A DNA stretch of 64,000 nt from a virus. The position numbers and the translations under genes are program-made. Every line of letters begins with the position of its first letter. Position 1 is the first letter of the stretch. Under the pieces are notes generated by a model that made no database searches, was not told the origin of the DNA, and saw nothing but the letters and a program-made list of their open reading frames with translations. Below, in pieces: positions 29,119 to 38,731 of the stretch. The stretch is taken from the UHGV virus genome UHGV-0072281; one strand, given 5' to 3'.

Positions 29119-29168
29119 AAAAATAATTTCAGATATATATTACTTAAGTGAGATTACACAGTAATCTC
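29119..29168 (+). promoter_or_regulatory. conserved promoter-like element, copy 1 (core TTTCAGATATATATTACTTAAGTGAGA)
   Basis: Near-identical to 37372-37423 over ~50 nt; located between terminator and next gene. Confidence 0.5.
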
Positions 29169-29203
29169 TTTACGACTTGTTTATTACGTTTAGGAGAAAT
29201 ATC

Positions 29204-29845
29204 ATGAGCCGCATTAATTTAACTGATTTTGTTGATGGTGTTGTAACTTTAGAAAGCAAAGGCGCGACCTTAGTTGCTCCGAATGCCAAAGTGCTGGATT
29301 TAAATCCTGTAGAAGTGATTGCTATTTCTACTTGGTTACGTTTGTCTTACGACAAGAAATTCGAAGGGTTAGAGAAAGAATCTCTAACTGTCAATACTCG
29401 TGAGTTTGTCTTTAAAGAAATCGACAGCGAAAAATTGGAAGCTTTCTCAAAACAGATGGTTAATCCACGTACAGACGGTGATGTCGGTATGCGCGAATAC
29501 AGTGGTGAAAAATACCATGCGTTTACTGATGCCCATGTTGCGTTGTGTGAGAAAGGTGAAGGGAGATTCGTTGCTGTTTGTTTCTTCCATTTAATCGCGC
29601 CGAAACAGAAAGATTTGCTGTTTGAAATCGCGAAGGATTCGGCAGAAGCGGTTATGGATACGATTGTTGAACTTTTCGAAGCGATGCGTGATATTCCGCG
29701 TGTGTTAGAAGTAAGTGAGGGACCTATGGATAGCTTTAAAATTCTACCATTGATTTATAGTAAGGACCATGAAGAGGAATGTACATTCGTCCTGTTCAAT
29801 GGTTCGATGGCTGCGTCTGTAAAACAGTTCGCTGCATCCATTTAA
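29204..29845 (+). CDS. hypothetical protein
   Basis: 213 aa from ATG 29204 with AGGAGAAA SD. Confidence 0.8.
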   Translation: MSRINLTDFVDGVVTLESKGATLVAPNAKVLDLNPVEVIAISTWLRLSYDKKFEGLEKESLTVNTREFVFKEIDSEKLEAFSKQMVNPRTDGDVGMREYSGEKYHAFTDAHVALCEKGEGRFVAVCFFHLIAPKQKDLLFEIAKDSAEAVMDTIVELFEAMRDIPRVLEVSEGPMDSFKILPLIYSKDHEEECTFVLFNGSMAASVKQFAASI

Positions 29846-29850
29846 ATACA

Positions 29851-29880
29851 AAGCCCTCCGTAGAGGGCTTTTATTTTTTC
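29851..29880 (+). terminator. intrinsic terminator
   Basis: Hairpin aagccctc-cgta-gagggctt then ttattttttc. Confidence 0.8.
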
Positions 29881-29899
29881 GACCTTTAGGAGAATAGAA

Positions 29900-30451
29900 A
29901 TGAACAAATTTAATATCTTAGACGCTAAAATCGTATCCGAGTCTTCTATTCAGCAAGAAATCTTTCGTGTTCAGTTCGGCGAGAAAGTTCTGAATATCCC
30001 ACGTCCCGTTATGATTGGCTTAGCGATATTCGTTAACAACAGCCATTGCAACGGTTCGGCGTTGTCAGTTCTTGAGTACGGTGACTATCAGTTTTATATT
30101 CCAGAGCATCTCGAGTATAACCGTTTTATTGAACTTAAACCGTTCTATAAATTCATGCTTGATGCAGGGTATTCGATTCTAACCAAAACGTATATTCGTG
30201 ACTACTCGAAGTTAGAATCTTTCTATCGTGCCCGTGGTCTTCGTGTCCCGCAACCGTTTGACGGATACCAGACCCGCGTTGTGTTAACTGCGCCGTTAAC
30301 GAAAGAACTGGCTTCCTATAAACTGGATATCGAGCAGAAACTACTGCGTGACGACTTACTGAAAATCTATAACCAGTTGTCCGTGGTACCTTCTTCAACT
30401 GTCTCGAACATTGAACCAGAGTACGGAATAAGACAATACAAGGAAGGTTAA
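29900..30451 (+). CDS. hypothetical protein
   Basis: 183 aa; AGGAGAA SD. Confidence 0.8.
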   Translation: MNKFNILDAKIVSESSIQQEIFRVQFGEKVLNIPRPVMIGLAIFVNNSHCNGSALSVLEYGDYQFYIPEHLEYNRFIELKPFYKFMLDAGYSILTKTYIRDYSKLESFYRARGLRVPQPFDGYQTRVVLTAPLTKELASYKLDIEQKLLRDDLLKIYNQLSVVPSSTVSNIEPEYGIRQYKEG

Positions 30452-30452
30452 G

Positions 30453-30758
30453 ATGAAACCGAGAGCCGACCGAGTAGACGTAATACATTTTGAAGAGTGT
30501 GAAACCGAGTATCAGGTTAAACGCACTGATTTACGTTTAGTTATTCCTAAGCTAAACGAACCTGAGTGGAACGGCGAGCTGATGGTACCGCTTGCCGAAC
30601 CAATTAAAACGGGGACAGGCGAGATTAATTATCTCCATTTAGAAGCCGCCGGACGCAAAGTAACCGTTTGGCATCTTGCTGACGGTTACAAAACCAGTCA
30701 GCTTACACGTAAAGCATTTATTCGGAAATTAAGAAAGTCGACGGGAGTTGTGAAATGA
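30453..30758 (+). CDS. hypothetical protein
   Basis: 101 aa; AAGGAAGG SD; ATGA overlap with DHFR gene. Confidence 0.7.
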   Translation: MKPRADRVDVIHFEECETEYQVKRTDLRLVIPKLNEPEWNGELMVPLAEPIKTGTGEINYLHLEAAGRKVTVWHLADGYKTSQLTRKAFIRKLRKSTGVVK

Positions 30759-31291
30759 CAGTTACTGTATCTTTGATTGCGGCAGCGGGACTTAATAATG
30801 AAATAGGGAAAGACAATAAACTCCCTTGGCATATTCCCGATGACTTGAAGAACTTCAAAGCACTTACGTCAGGTAAGGTTATTGTGATGGGACGTAAGAC
30901 GTGGGAGTCTTTGGGATGTAAACCTTTACCAAACCGACATCATTTTGTGCTAACAAGAAAGCCTGATGATTTGCCCACAATGAAAGGGGTAATTTATTCT
31001 AAAGGTAAAATGGAAGCGTTTATTGAATTTCTCAAAATAACGATCAAGGAAAAAGATTTTCCCAAGGAAATTTTTATCATCGGGGGCGCAGAAATTTACC
31101 GCCAGGCGTTGCCATATGCGGATAAGATCTATCTGTCGCGCGTAGAAGCTAAAGTTGACGGTGCGGATGCGTTCTTTCCTGAAATCGATCGCGATGAGTT
31201 TAAATTGGTTTATAACTTAACGCACTGCTCGAAACCAGAAAGTGGTATTCCGCGTTGGCATTATCAGATTTGGAAAAGAGATGGGCACTGA
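30755..31291 (+). CDS. dihydrofolate reductase
   Basis: 178 aa; IAAAGLNNEIGKDNKLPWHIPDDLKNFKALTSGKVIVMGRKTWESLG and IIGGAEIYRQALPYADKIYLSRVEAKVDGDAFFPEID closely parallel E. coli FolA. Confidence 0.93.
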   Translation: MTVTVSLIAAAGLNNEIGKDNKLPWHIPDDLKNFKALTSGKVIVMGRKTWESLGCKPLPNRHHFVLTRKPDDLPTMKGVIYSKGKMEAFIEFLKITIKEKDFPKEIFIIGGAEIYRQALPYADKIYLSRVEAKVDGADAFFPEIDRDEFKLVYNLTHCSKPESGIPRWHYQIWKRDGH

Positions 31292-31577
31292 GTTTGTAAC
31301 CTTAGAAAAACTCTTTTTAGGCAGCGTCGCGAAAGGGAAGATAGCCAGTTTCACTTGGAACCGCACTCCCGTAAAATACGCGTTTCTACGTCGTTTACAC
31401 TACGAGAAAAGCATCAAGCTGGTCTTGGTCGTGTTGTTCGAAAACAAGCGTGGATTGTTGATTAATAATCATCGTTTTGCGGCGGAGATCTGGGCGACCA
31501 CATCTGGCGGCGAGGAAGCATCTGTTGGCTTTGCTAACGATGAGGTTATCTTTGAGGGTATACCTTATCTGTTATAG
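31281..31577 (+). CDS. hypothetical protein
   Basis: 98 aa from ATG 31281, overlapping DHFR stop by 11 nt; terminator downstream. Confidence 0.55.
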   Translation: MGTEFVTLEKLFLGSVAKGKIASFTWNRTPVKYAFLRRLHYEKSIKLVLVVLFENKRGLLINNHRFAAEIWATTSGGEEASVGFANDEVIFEGIPYLL

Positions 31578-31590
31578 CACAGATAAACGT

Positions 31591-31625
31591 AAAAGGGGAC
31601 TTCGGTTCCCTTTTATTTTTTTTTC
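31591..31625 (+). terminator. intrinsic terminator
   Basis: Hairpin aaaaggggac-ttcg-gttccctttt (one mismatch, UUCG loop) then T-run. Confidence 0.75.
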
Positions 31626-31666
31626 ATTTCGCGCCTGTGATATGACTATAACGAAGGAACAAGCCA

Positions 31667-33175
31667 ATGCAACAGTATTTTGAAATTCCGTCGTTAGACG
31701 CGACCATTCGCAAACCGATAATCGATGGCGTTATACAACGTGTACTTAATGAATCAGGTATTGATAAAGCAGCGGTTGTTTTCCTTGATGAATTCAATAG
31801 CGCTCATCAACCCGATTCCACGTTAGGCGACGGTACAGAAGTTGAGTACAGCTCGCCTGAAAAGGTGTATGTTGAAGTAGAAGAAGAACGCGATGAGTGG
31901 GCCAGAATCAATCGTCAGGTTGGTCAGCAAGCCGAACCGTACTTCTTTGAAAACTCCGTCGATCAGGTGCGTGCCTGGCCCGTTAGAACGATGTATAACG
32001 TAACGGTGACGTTACGACGTACCAGTGCTTCTCGCGATGAGTTATTGCGCTGGACAAACCGTTTAGACTCGTTAGTGGACATGGGTCGCTATTCGACAAT
32101 GACCGAGTCAGAAGCGTTTTATTATATTCCGAAGCCAGCACTGAAATTGTTGAATGCCTGTTATGTCGCCGCAGGGACTCGTGTACCGACGTTTGACGAT
32201 TTTAAAGCCTATCTCAAGGCGTACTTTACACCCGACGTGTTTCGCGCTGCTAACGTTGCCGGTGGACAGGAATCTATTGCGGTTCGCTATGCACCTACTC
32301 GCTTAGAGACTGTATACGACGTTCAGACACCTGCCTGGGATAAAGACGAGAACCACTGGGAAGCTACATTCGTCGTGCGTTTCTCTTATCAACGTCCTGA
32401 AGAGATTGTGGTTTCGTATCCGTATATCATCAACCAGACACCGCTTCCTGATGAATATTGGCCAGAGATAGATCCACCGTGGGTGTCTAACGAAGAACTG
32501 GTGTATCGTCATCCGCAACAAAAGAATCTCGATTCAACGTGGTGGATTAACGAAACCCGTCAGTATATTCGTTTACCGTATCTACTGTCACCGACAGAAC
32601 AGTTCCACCGTACACATTCCCCGTTAAAAGATAAACTCTTACACGTTTTCGGAACAGACGTTGTATTTGATGAAGACAACATGAGCTCACCGAAAGTGTT
32701 ATCTGTGGAGGATTTACCGTACGAGTGGAATCCAGATTTGTTGCCGTATATCGAACACTGTCGAGCAATAGACCCTACCGGGCAGACAGGTGTCTTCCGT
32801 GTGGAGCTGTTCGAAGAAGGACAAATCATCGAACCGCGTTTCTATCATTGGGAAGACAATACCTTCTTTTTGAAAGGACGTGATTTAAAAGTTAACAAGA
32901 GTTACTACCTAACCGAATCGGTGATGTTCGACTGGCGAGGGATGAACCTGTGGCCACTCCAGCTCTATCCTAAAGCTGCGAAGGTGTTGATAGAATGGTT
33001 ATTTCCGAAATGGGATGTACCGGACTGGTGGTGGGATAAACCCGTATTACCGCCTAGTGTTGTCGACGACATTAATAAACTGATTCCTAACGTAGAAGCC
33101 CGCGTCTTGCTGACGGTGCTGAACTCGACTGTGATTACCATGCGAGGGACAGAGAATGCTCAAAGCGAAGCGTGA
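31667..33175 (+). CDS. hypothetical protein
   Basis: 502 aa; AAGGAA SD. Confidence 0.8.
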   Translation: MQQYFEIPSLDATIRKPIIDGVIQRVLNESGIDKAAVVFLDEFNSAHQPDSTLGDGTEVEYSSPEKVYVEVEEERDEWARINRQVGQQAEPYFFENSVDQVRAWPVRTMYNVTVTLRRTSASRDELLRWTNRLDSLVDMGRYSTMTESEAFYYIPKPALKLLNACYVAAGTRVPTFDDFKAYLKAYFTPDVFRAANVAGGQESIAVRYAPTRLETVYDVQTPAWDKDENHWEATFVVRFSYQRPEEIVVSYPYIINQTPLPDEYWPEIDPPWVSNEELVYRHPQQKNLDSTWWINETRQYIRLPYLLSPTEQFHRTHSPLKDKLLHVFGTDVVFDEDNMSSPKVLSVEDLPYEWNPDLLPYIEHCRAIDPTGQTGVFRVELFEEGQIIEPRFYHWEDNTFFLKGRDLKVNKSYYLTESVMFDWRGMNLWPLQLYPKAAKVLIEWLFPKWDVPDWWWDKPVLPPSVVDDINKLIPNVEARVLLTVLNSTVITMRGTENAQSEA

Positions 33176-34526
33176 TAAGCCGTCAACATTTGAACCCGTA
33201 GACCGGCCTATCCCCGAATTAAATAAACCACAGGACGGTGTAAAAGAAACCACCAATATCGTTACGCAACCCACACGTACAACCGTTACTGATTTAGACC
33301 GTATTCCAAAGCAATACCTAATGAAGTATCTGGAGGGGTCAGCGTGGACGGTGGACTTCTTTAACTTCCTGAAAGGAAGAAACGACGCCAAGAAGTTTTT
33401 CGATTCGAAAGTGCTTACACCTGACCAACAGGTGGAGAAAATCATCGGGTTGGAGCTGCGTGTAACGTCACCTCTCGACCGAAGCCAAGACACCACGAAC
33501 AAAACGTTCAGCATGTCAGGCGCTGCAACAATTGCAAACTCGATTATCCCTAACGAAGGTTGCTTTTTCATCGCCCCTATCGGTGACGGTCGTTTCGCGT
33601 TGTTTAACGTTACCAACGTTGTGCGTATGTCGAATAACAAAGTCGCGACGTACAACATTGAATACACGTTACTTTTCGAAGTTGACCCAGAAACCGCAGA
33701 AACGATTCGTCGTTGTACCGTACGTGAATACTACTACGTTGCAGAGCGTGCCTGGACAGGTGGTGATACACTTCTCACACCGAAAGAGTACCGTGCGTTC
33801 CTGGAAGTCGTTGACGCGATTGAAGACATTGAACAGACATATGTGAAACGTTTCTACGACGGTGAAACGGCCACGTTGTTGTTCCCACACGATCGTCACA
33901 GCGACGGTTTGCGTAGCCGTGCTTACTACGACGTGTTCTTAGCGCTGTTTGTGCGTGCGGTGGGGTTACGTACCGTAGGTAAGGATATTCAGATTTATCC
34001 GCATCCACCGATGAACGTGGAAGACATTGAAACGGTGTGGACAGCGCTGCTGCAACAGTCGCCAACGTTCTTAGCAGATTACAAACGTGACAGCACGGTG
34101 TGGCAAACGAAAACTTTCCGTACGATGCAACATCGTAACTCGGTAACGTGGTCGTTGATCTCTGATACCCGGTTCTTTACGGAAGAGTTAAAGCCAGGTT
34201 ACGGGATGGCGCAACGTTTCCCCGGTCAGTGGCCAGAATGGAAACCATTTGAACCGGTTGAAGTTGAAAACTATCGTGGGAACGAAGGGGAGTCTATTCC
34301 GGCCTTCCTACCACTGTCCTTTAAACCGTATTTGCTGAGCGAGACGTTCTACGACGGTTCTTACAGTTCGTTGTTGGAATACGGCTTGTACTTGTATCTG
34401 CATAAACGTCCGCTACCGTCGGTAATTGCGTTAAAACTGTTTGAGGAAGTTTATAAGCTCCCGAAAGACGCACAGTTCTATTACATTCCGATGGTGTATC
34501 TGCTTTTAAGATATTCGAGGGATTAA
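33156..34526 (+). CDS. hypothetical protein
   Basis: 456 aa; overlaps upstream gene by 20 nt. Confidence 0.75.
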   Translation: MLKAKRDKPSTFEPVDRPIPELNKPQDGVKETTNIVTQPTRTTVTDLDRIPKQYLMKYLEGSAWTVDFFNFLKGRNDAKKFFDSKVLTPDQQVEKIIGLELRVTSPLDRSQDTTNKTFSMSGAATIANSIIPNEGCFFIAPIGDGRFALFNVTNVVRMSNNKVATYNIEYTLLFEVDPETAETIRRCTVREYYYVAERAWTGGDTLLTPKEYRAFLEVVDAIEDIEQTYVKRFYDGETATLLFPHDRHSDGLRSRAYYDVFLALFVRAVGLRTVGKDIQIYPHPPMNVEDIETVWTALLQQSPTFLADYKRDSTVWQTKTFRTMQHRNSVTWSLISDTRFFTEELKPGYGMAQRFPGQWPEWKPFEPVEVENYRGNEGESIPAFLPLSFKPYLLSETFYDGSYSSLLEYGLYLYLHKRPLPSVIALKLFEEVYKLPKDAQFYYIPMVYLLLRYSRD

Positions 34527-34527
34527 T

Positions 34528-35067
34528 GTGTCAGTGAAACGTAGTGCGGCATTTATGCTGTTCCATAAGTGGGTAGCATGGCGGGTTCCTGAATGGACAA
34601 CCATTACCCAGTATATGTCGCAAGAACACGGATTGTTCTTGCCGAATGACGAAAAGAAAGCACGAGCGATTTTGTTGAATAAGAAAACGGTGTATATGCG
34701 GCCATTTGAAGTGGCGGTGTATGCAGAGACCGGTGCTGCGTTAGATGTTCACGATCCGAATGATGGTATTATCGTTTACGGGTATATCATGGAACACCTA
34801 GCAGATTGGTTACATTACATGCAAGAGCCTCATCTGACGACGCGTAAAGTGCCGATAGAAGGACTCCGCCAGTTCAACGCCTTAGCATGTAAACTTTTTC
34901 CCGTTGCTAACCGATACGGTTATTTTAAGAAACCGGAAGTGACGATGGCGACGTCGGTACAAGCGTTATTTGGAGAGGTGCGTTTAGAAACGCAGCAACA
35001 CCGTTTTAACGATACGATAATGCGTCGCATAGAAGCGATTTATCGTAAAAGGGGAGGTATACTGTAA
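34528..35067 (+). CDS. hypothetical protein (GTG start proposed)
   Basis: 179 aa; GAGGGA SD 8 nt before GTG 34528. Confidence 0.6.
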   Translation: MSVKRSAAFMLFHKWVAWRVPEWTTITQYMSQEHGLFLPNDEKKARAILLNKKTVYMRPFEVAVYAETGAALDVHDPNDGIIVYGYIMEHLADWLHYMQEPHLTTRKVPIEGLRQFNALACKLFPVANRYGYFKKPEVTMATSVQALFGEVRLETQQHRFNDTIMRRIEAIYRKRGGIL

Positions 35068-36386
35068 TGTCGTTTGGTCGGTTACAGAACATAGCAAACG
35101 TGCACATTGCACAAGCGGCGGGATTACCGGCCATCGAATACGTGCCTATCATTACGGTACGTGGCACAGTTATCAGCGTATTCAAAACGTTGTCGATAAT
35201 CCATGCCAGTAACTTCGCACAGGACTTAACGACTATCACCCATCTTACCGTGATGATACCGTTAAGCCAACAGCGTGTGTTAACGTCTTCCGCAGACGGG
35301 GATTTGTCCGTGAAAATTCTAATGCGGACAATGAACAAGAAAACCGTTGCGAAACTCGACTATCGGGGTATCGTCGTGAACAACCACGATCCCGATATGG
35401 AATCGCCCACGATGTTCTTAGGTGAGTCTGACCAGAAAGCGTTAGCGGTCGTCACCCTGGAGTTGATGGACGAGTCGATGTGGTTCTTACGTTGCCGTCA
35501 AGTCGGTGGGATTTATCACGAGACAGATGGTCTTAGTGTTGTTCGTGCACTGCTGGCAGATACGTTACCTACTGGTGATGCGCCAGAAGGCCAGTTGGTG
35601 GGTGTGGAGTACGAGGAAGAGGAGCAACAGCCCTATCGGGATATTTTGATTCCTGACTCGGAAAGTTTCCTGTCCGTGTTCGATTACCTTCAGAATCGTT
35701 ACGGGGTTTATAGTCAAGGTCTGGGGGTGTTCCTCTACAAACACCGTTGGTATATTTTCCAACCTTGGGACTCTAAGAAGTTTTCATCAGCGAAGAATAA
35801 GCTGGTGATTATAAACCTACCGAAAGAGAAAGCAGCGTATCTGAATAAGACCTGCCACATTGACGGTGACGTGATTTACCTGATATGTGGTGGTGATGTC
35901 CACACCTTCGAAGATAAAGACTCCTTAGCACTAAACCAAGGTACCGGTTATCGTGTGGGGTCTATCCGTGCGTTGGATGGCCGTGCGTCTTCTTTCTCGT
36001 CAGGCGATGTTTCTGCTACAACGTCAGATTCGTTCGTGTCAGCGGCTGATCCGACGCAATATCCAGGTGGGGTAGTTAACGCACCAATAGACCCGAACCA
36101 ACACTTCTCGGATACGGATAAACCGCAACGGTCTAAGTTGGCGGCGGCGAAAGGGACGCTAACAGCAACAACCTGGAACGCATCAACGTACGGCTTACTC
36201 CGTCCTGGGATGGCAGTAAAATACATTTATGCGAATAACTATGGTGTATACACGCGTTACGGAACATTAGTTGCAGAAGTTTTCCAAGGTGCAATTGATG
36301 GTGGTTCAGCGGCTTCACCACGGTTTAATACCATTAGTCAGTTGACGTTGTGGCTGACTAATGAAAATTTTACATCCACAACGTAA
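35067..36386 (+). CDS. hypothetical protein
   Basis: 439 aa; GGAGG SD; TAATG overlap. Confidence 0.8.
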   Translation: MSFGRLQNIANVHIAQAAGLPAIEYVPIITVRGTVISVFKTLSIIHASNFAQDLTTITHLTVMIPLSQQRVLTSSADGDLSVKILMRTMNKKTVAKLDYRGIVVNNHDPDMESPTMFLGESDQKALAVVTLELMDESMWFLRCRQVGGIYHETDGLSVVRALLADTLPTGDAPEGQLVGVEYEEEEQQPYRDILIPDSESFLSVFDYLQNRYGVYSQGLGVFLYKHRWYIFQPWDSKKFSSAKNKLVIINLPKEKAAYLNKTCHIDGDVIYLICGGDVHTFEDKDSLALNQGTGYRVGSIRALDGRASSFSSGDVSATTSDSFVSAADPTQYPGGVVNAPIDPNQHFSDTDKPQRSKLAAAKGTLTATTWNASTYGLLRPGMAVKYIYANNYGVYTRYGTLVAEVFQGAIDGGSAASPRFNTISQLTLWLTNENFTSTT

Positions 36387-36418
36387 GTTATGTCGACAGC
36401 AACCTAAAGGATTTGTTA

Positions 36419-37219
36419 ATGAGCAATTTACTTACTTTCCGCATGTCTGGTCAAACGTTAATGCAGATTGACGAGTACGAAAAAGAACATTTCGCTAAAC
36501 CGTCCAAACTGTTAGAACGTTGCTTAAAGGTTATTCCAGGCGGCGAGCACTGTCAGCTAGATTTCGTCATGGCGTCTTCTGCTGACAAAACGGTCTCTGT
36601 TATCTACACGGTTGACGGAGTACAGGGCCATCGCTTATTACCGATTGAAGAAAAAGGTTCTTTGGGTAATTTGTTGTTCTTGCACGCAATCACGACTGCG
36701 GTAGTGACGGGAGCACTGGGAGCGCAGTACGGTTTCGCCTATTGTTATTTCTACGCACAGAAGTTGGCGAATGCGGTAGTTCCAGGAGAACCAGAAACGT
36801 ATCCGAAGTATATCGAACGTTTGCTTCCGACGCATTTTGCTGAGTCTGACGACTATGAGTTCAATGCTTTCCGTTTCACGATGATTGGCGAAGCACGCGA
36901 TCCTGAAAACACCATTGCGTTACGTGCTGTTGTTCGTTACGCAGTAATTTCGTCTGACAGCGGAATGGCAAGCAACTTCAACGAAGTGTTCCCGGTTATG
37001 CAACTAGGTCCGTATATCACGTTTAACGCGTATGTACCGTTTACTTGTCAGTTAATCGGCCCGCAGGATAATGATTCTATCCTCCCGATTACTGAAGAGA
37101 AAGGTCTACATATTCGTGATGCCGTAGAAGTCATCAACGATAAACGTTTTACGATCTCATCGAAAAGCGGCATCGCCGATGAAGAACTTGCGGTTGTGAA
37201 CAAAATGCAAGTGATGTAA
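36419..37219 (+). CDS. hypothetical protein
   Basis: 266 aa from ATG 36419 with AAAGGA SD. Confidence 0.8.
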   Translation: MSNLLTFRMSGQTLMQIDEYEKEHFAKPSKLLERCLKVIPGGEHCQLDFVMASSADKTVSVIYTVDGVQGHRLLPIEEKGSLGNLLFLHAITTAVVTGALGAQYGFAYCYFYAQKLANAVVPGEPETYPKYIERLLPTHFAESDDYEFNAFRFTMIGEARDPENTIALRAVVRYAVISSDSGMASNFNEVFPVMQLGPYITFNAYVPFTCQLIGPQDNDSILPITEEKGLHIRDAVEVINDKRFTISSKSGIADEELAVVNKMQVM

Positions 37220-37225
37220 AATTAT

Positions 37226-37264
37226 CCCGTTACCCACAAAGGTAACGGGATGTCCTTTTATTTA
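37226..37264 (+). terminator. intrinsic terminator
   Basis: Hairpin cccgttacc-cacaaa-ggtaacggg then tccttttattt. Confidence 0.7.
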
Positions 37265-37371
37265 CTCGTAAACGCGTCTTAGACGCTGTTTTACACCTTA
37301 AGACGATTAATGGTGTTTAAAAAATAAAAGGTCGTCAGAATGCGATACAGCGCGTTTTAGAGGGTGTTTTA

Positions 37372-37423
37372 ATTAAAATATTTTCAGATATATATTACTT
37401 AGGTGAGAGAATTACGTAATACT
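37372..37423 (+). promoter_or_regulatory. conserved promoter-like element, copy 2 (core TTTCAGATATATATTACTTAGGTGAGA)
   Basis: Matches 29119-29168 at nearly every position; 48 nt upstream of ATG 37456. Confidence 0.5.
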
Positions 37424-37455
37424 CATTTATCGTATACCTAATTAGGAGCTATATC

Positions 37456-37599
37456 ATGATTTCTGTAAAACACAAAAAAGCTATCTTCGCTGTTGTTATC
37501 GCTGTTGTTCTGGGTTGCCTGTACCTGGATATCGACAAAGGCTACGACACTTGCATCGACAACGGTAATTCCGTTGCGCAGTGCACTGGTCGTGGTTAA
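37456..37599 (+). CDS. small single-pass membrane peptide (47 aa)
   Basis: MISVKHKKAIFAVVIAVVLGCLYLDIDKGYDTCIDNGNSVAQCTGRG; AGGAG SD; optimal codons; own promoter-like element and terminator; too short for the ORF track. Confidence 0.65.
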   Translation: MISVKHKKAIFAVVIAVVLGCLYLDIDKGYDTCIDNGNSVAQCTGRG

Positions 37600-37603
37600 T
37601 GTA

Positions 37604-37636
37604 TAAGGCACCTTCGGGTGCCCTTAATTTTTTTAT
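37604..37636 (+). terminator. intrinsic terminator
   Basis: Hairpin ggcacc-ttcg-ggtgcc then cttaattttttt. Confidence 0.75.
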
Positions 37637-37653
37637 TAATTGGAGCATAAACG

Positions 37654-38469
37654 ATGATTACTATTAAAGATTATTTTCCGCGTGGGTTGAGCAATGAAAA
37701 CTTCGTTCCAACTGAAGACATTGCCATCGTTGCAGAGTCCAGCGATAAGTCTTTTAAACTCTACTTGAGTACGGCAGCAGGAAAATCCACTCTTATCCTT
37801 CGTGAACCTGAAGTGATAAGCATCTGCTCGTTTGGGGGTGGTGTAGAAGGAACGATTAACTGGTTGAAATCCAGAATGCATCGTTTGCTTATCGTGAATA
37901 CCGATCCTGTGATTCGTTTACAGCAATTGAAATCGTTGAATGAAATTATCGTCGGATTATTGGAACATGAAACGTTTGGTAATGCTGAGATTGCGGAAGC
38001 GATTAAATCTGTAGAACTAATCGAGTGGAGCGATATCGAATACGAACGTGCTGGGTTATTCGCAATGTACGGTGATGATAATCCCGTTGCGTTTGCACAA
38101 ACGTTGGATAATGTTACCGTAACAGCGCGCGTATTGTTTGGTTTACAACGTGTTGAGTTTGAACTGAAACACGTCTACGTGAGCAATAAACCGGAGATGG
38201 TGGAGACATTGATTCGTGCTTTCGCATACCCGTTAGACGGTGAATGGGAACAGCAGATTAATGAAGCGTTAGAAGCCATGCATTTCCTGGCTGAAACGTT
38301 AAGGAAGGATGAGAAATTGAAAGGTCGTGTTTATCCAGAACACGATTTTGTTTGTGAAGAATGTGGAGCACAGTATCAAATCCGTGTTCCTTTAACCGGC
38401 CTAACATTCCCGCAAGCCAACGTGCAATGTAAGGAATGTGGTCATGTTCAATACGTAGCGATTAAATAA
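37654..38469 (+). CDS. hypothetical protein with C-terminal zinc-ribbon-like Cys pairs
   Basis: 271 aa; GGAG SD; C-terminal CEECGAQ...CKECGH. Confidence 0.8.
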   Translation: MITIKDYFPRGLSNENFVPTEDIAIVAESSDKSFKLYLSTAAGKSTLILREPEVISICSFGGGVEGTINWLKSRMHRLLIVNTDPVIRLQQLKSLNEIIVGLLEHETFGNAEIAEAIKSVELIEWSDIEYERAGLFAMYGDDNPVAFAQTLDNVTVTARVLFGLQRVEFELKHVYVSNKPEMVETLIRAFAYPLDGEWEQQINEALEAMHFLAETLRKDEKLKGRVYPEHDFVCEECGAQYQIRVPLTGLTFPQANVQCKECGHVQYVAIK

Positions 38470-38475
38470 AAGCAA

Positions 38476-38518
38476 CCCCTAATCCCGAAAAGGATTAGGG
38501 GTACACTTTATTTATTTT
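38476..38518 (+). terminator. intrinsic terminator
   Basis: Hairpin cccctaatcc-cgaaaa-ggattagggg then T-rich run. Confidence 0.8.
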
Positions 38519-38541
38519 CGCTCTTAAAAGGAAATTGTGTC

Positions 38542-38697
38542 ATGAGAAATGTTAATGCAATGCTTAACCAGGCATTTGTTAACCAACAGCGTTTTCAGGA
38601 ACGCTTAGCACAACTTAAAACACAACACAGACCACCACAACAAAGAGTGGTTAAGAGCAAGTTCGGCGAAATGGTTTTCGAAAGAAAATCTTTCTAA
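38542..38697 (+). CDS. small basic protein, paralogue 1 of 3 (51 aa)
   Basis: MRNVNAMLNQAFVNQQRFQERLAQLKTQHRPPQQRVVKSKFGEMVFERKSF; AAAAGGAAA SD; not in ORF track (<60 aa). Confidence 0.55.
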   Translation: MRNVNAMLNQAFVNQQRFQERLAQLKTQHRPPQQRVVKSKFGEMVFERKSF

Positions 38698-38704
38698 TAA
38701 CCGT

Positions 38705-38731
38705 TAGGGGTGTGACAGCACCCCTTTTTAC
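38705..38731 (+). terminator. intrinsic terminator
   Basis: Hairpin aggggtg-tgacag-cacccct then ttttt. Confidence 0.7.
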
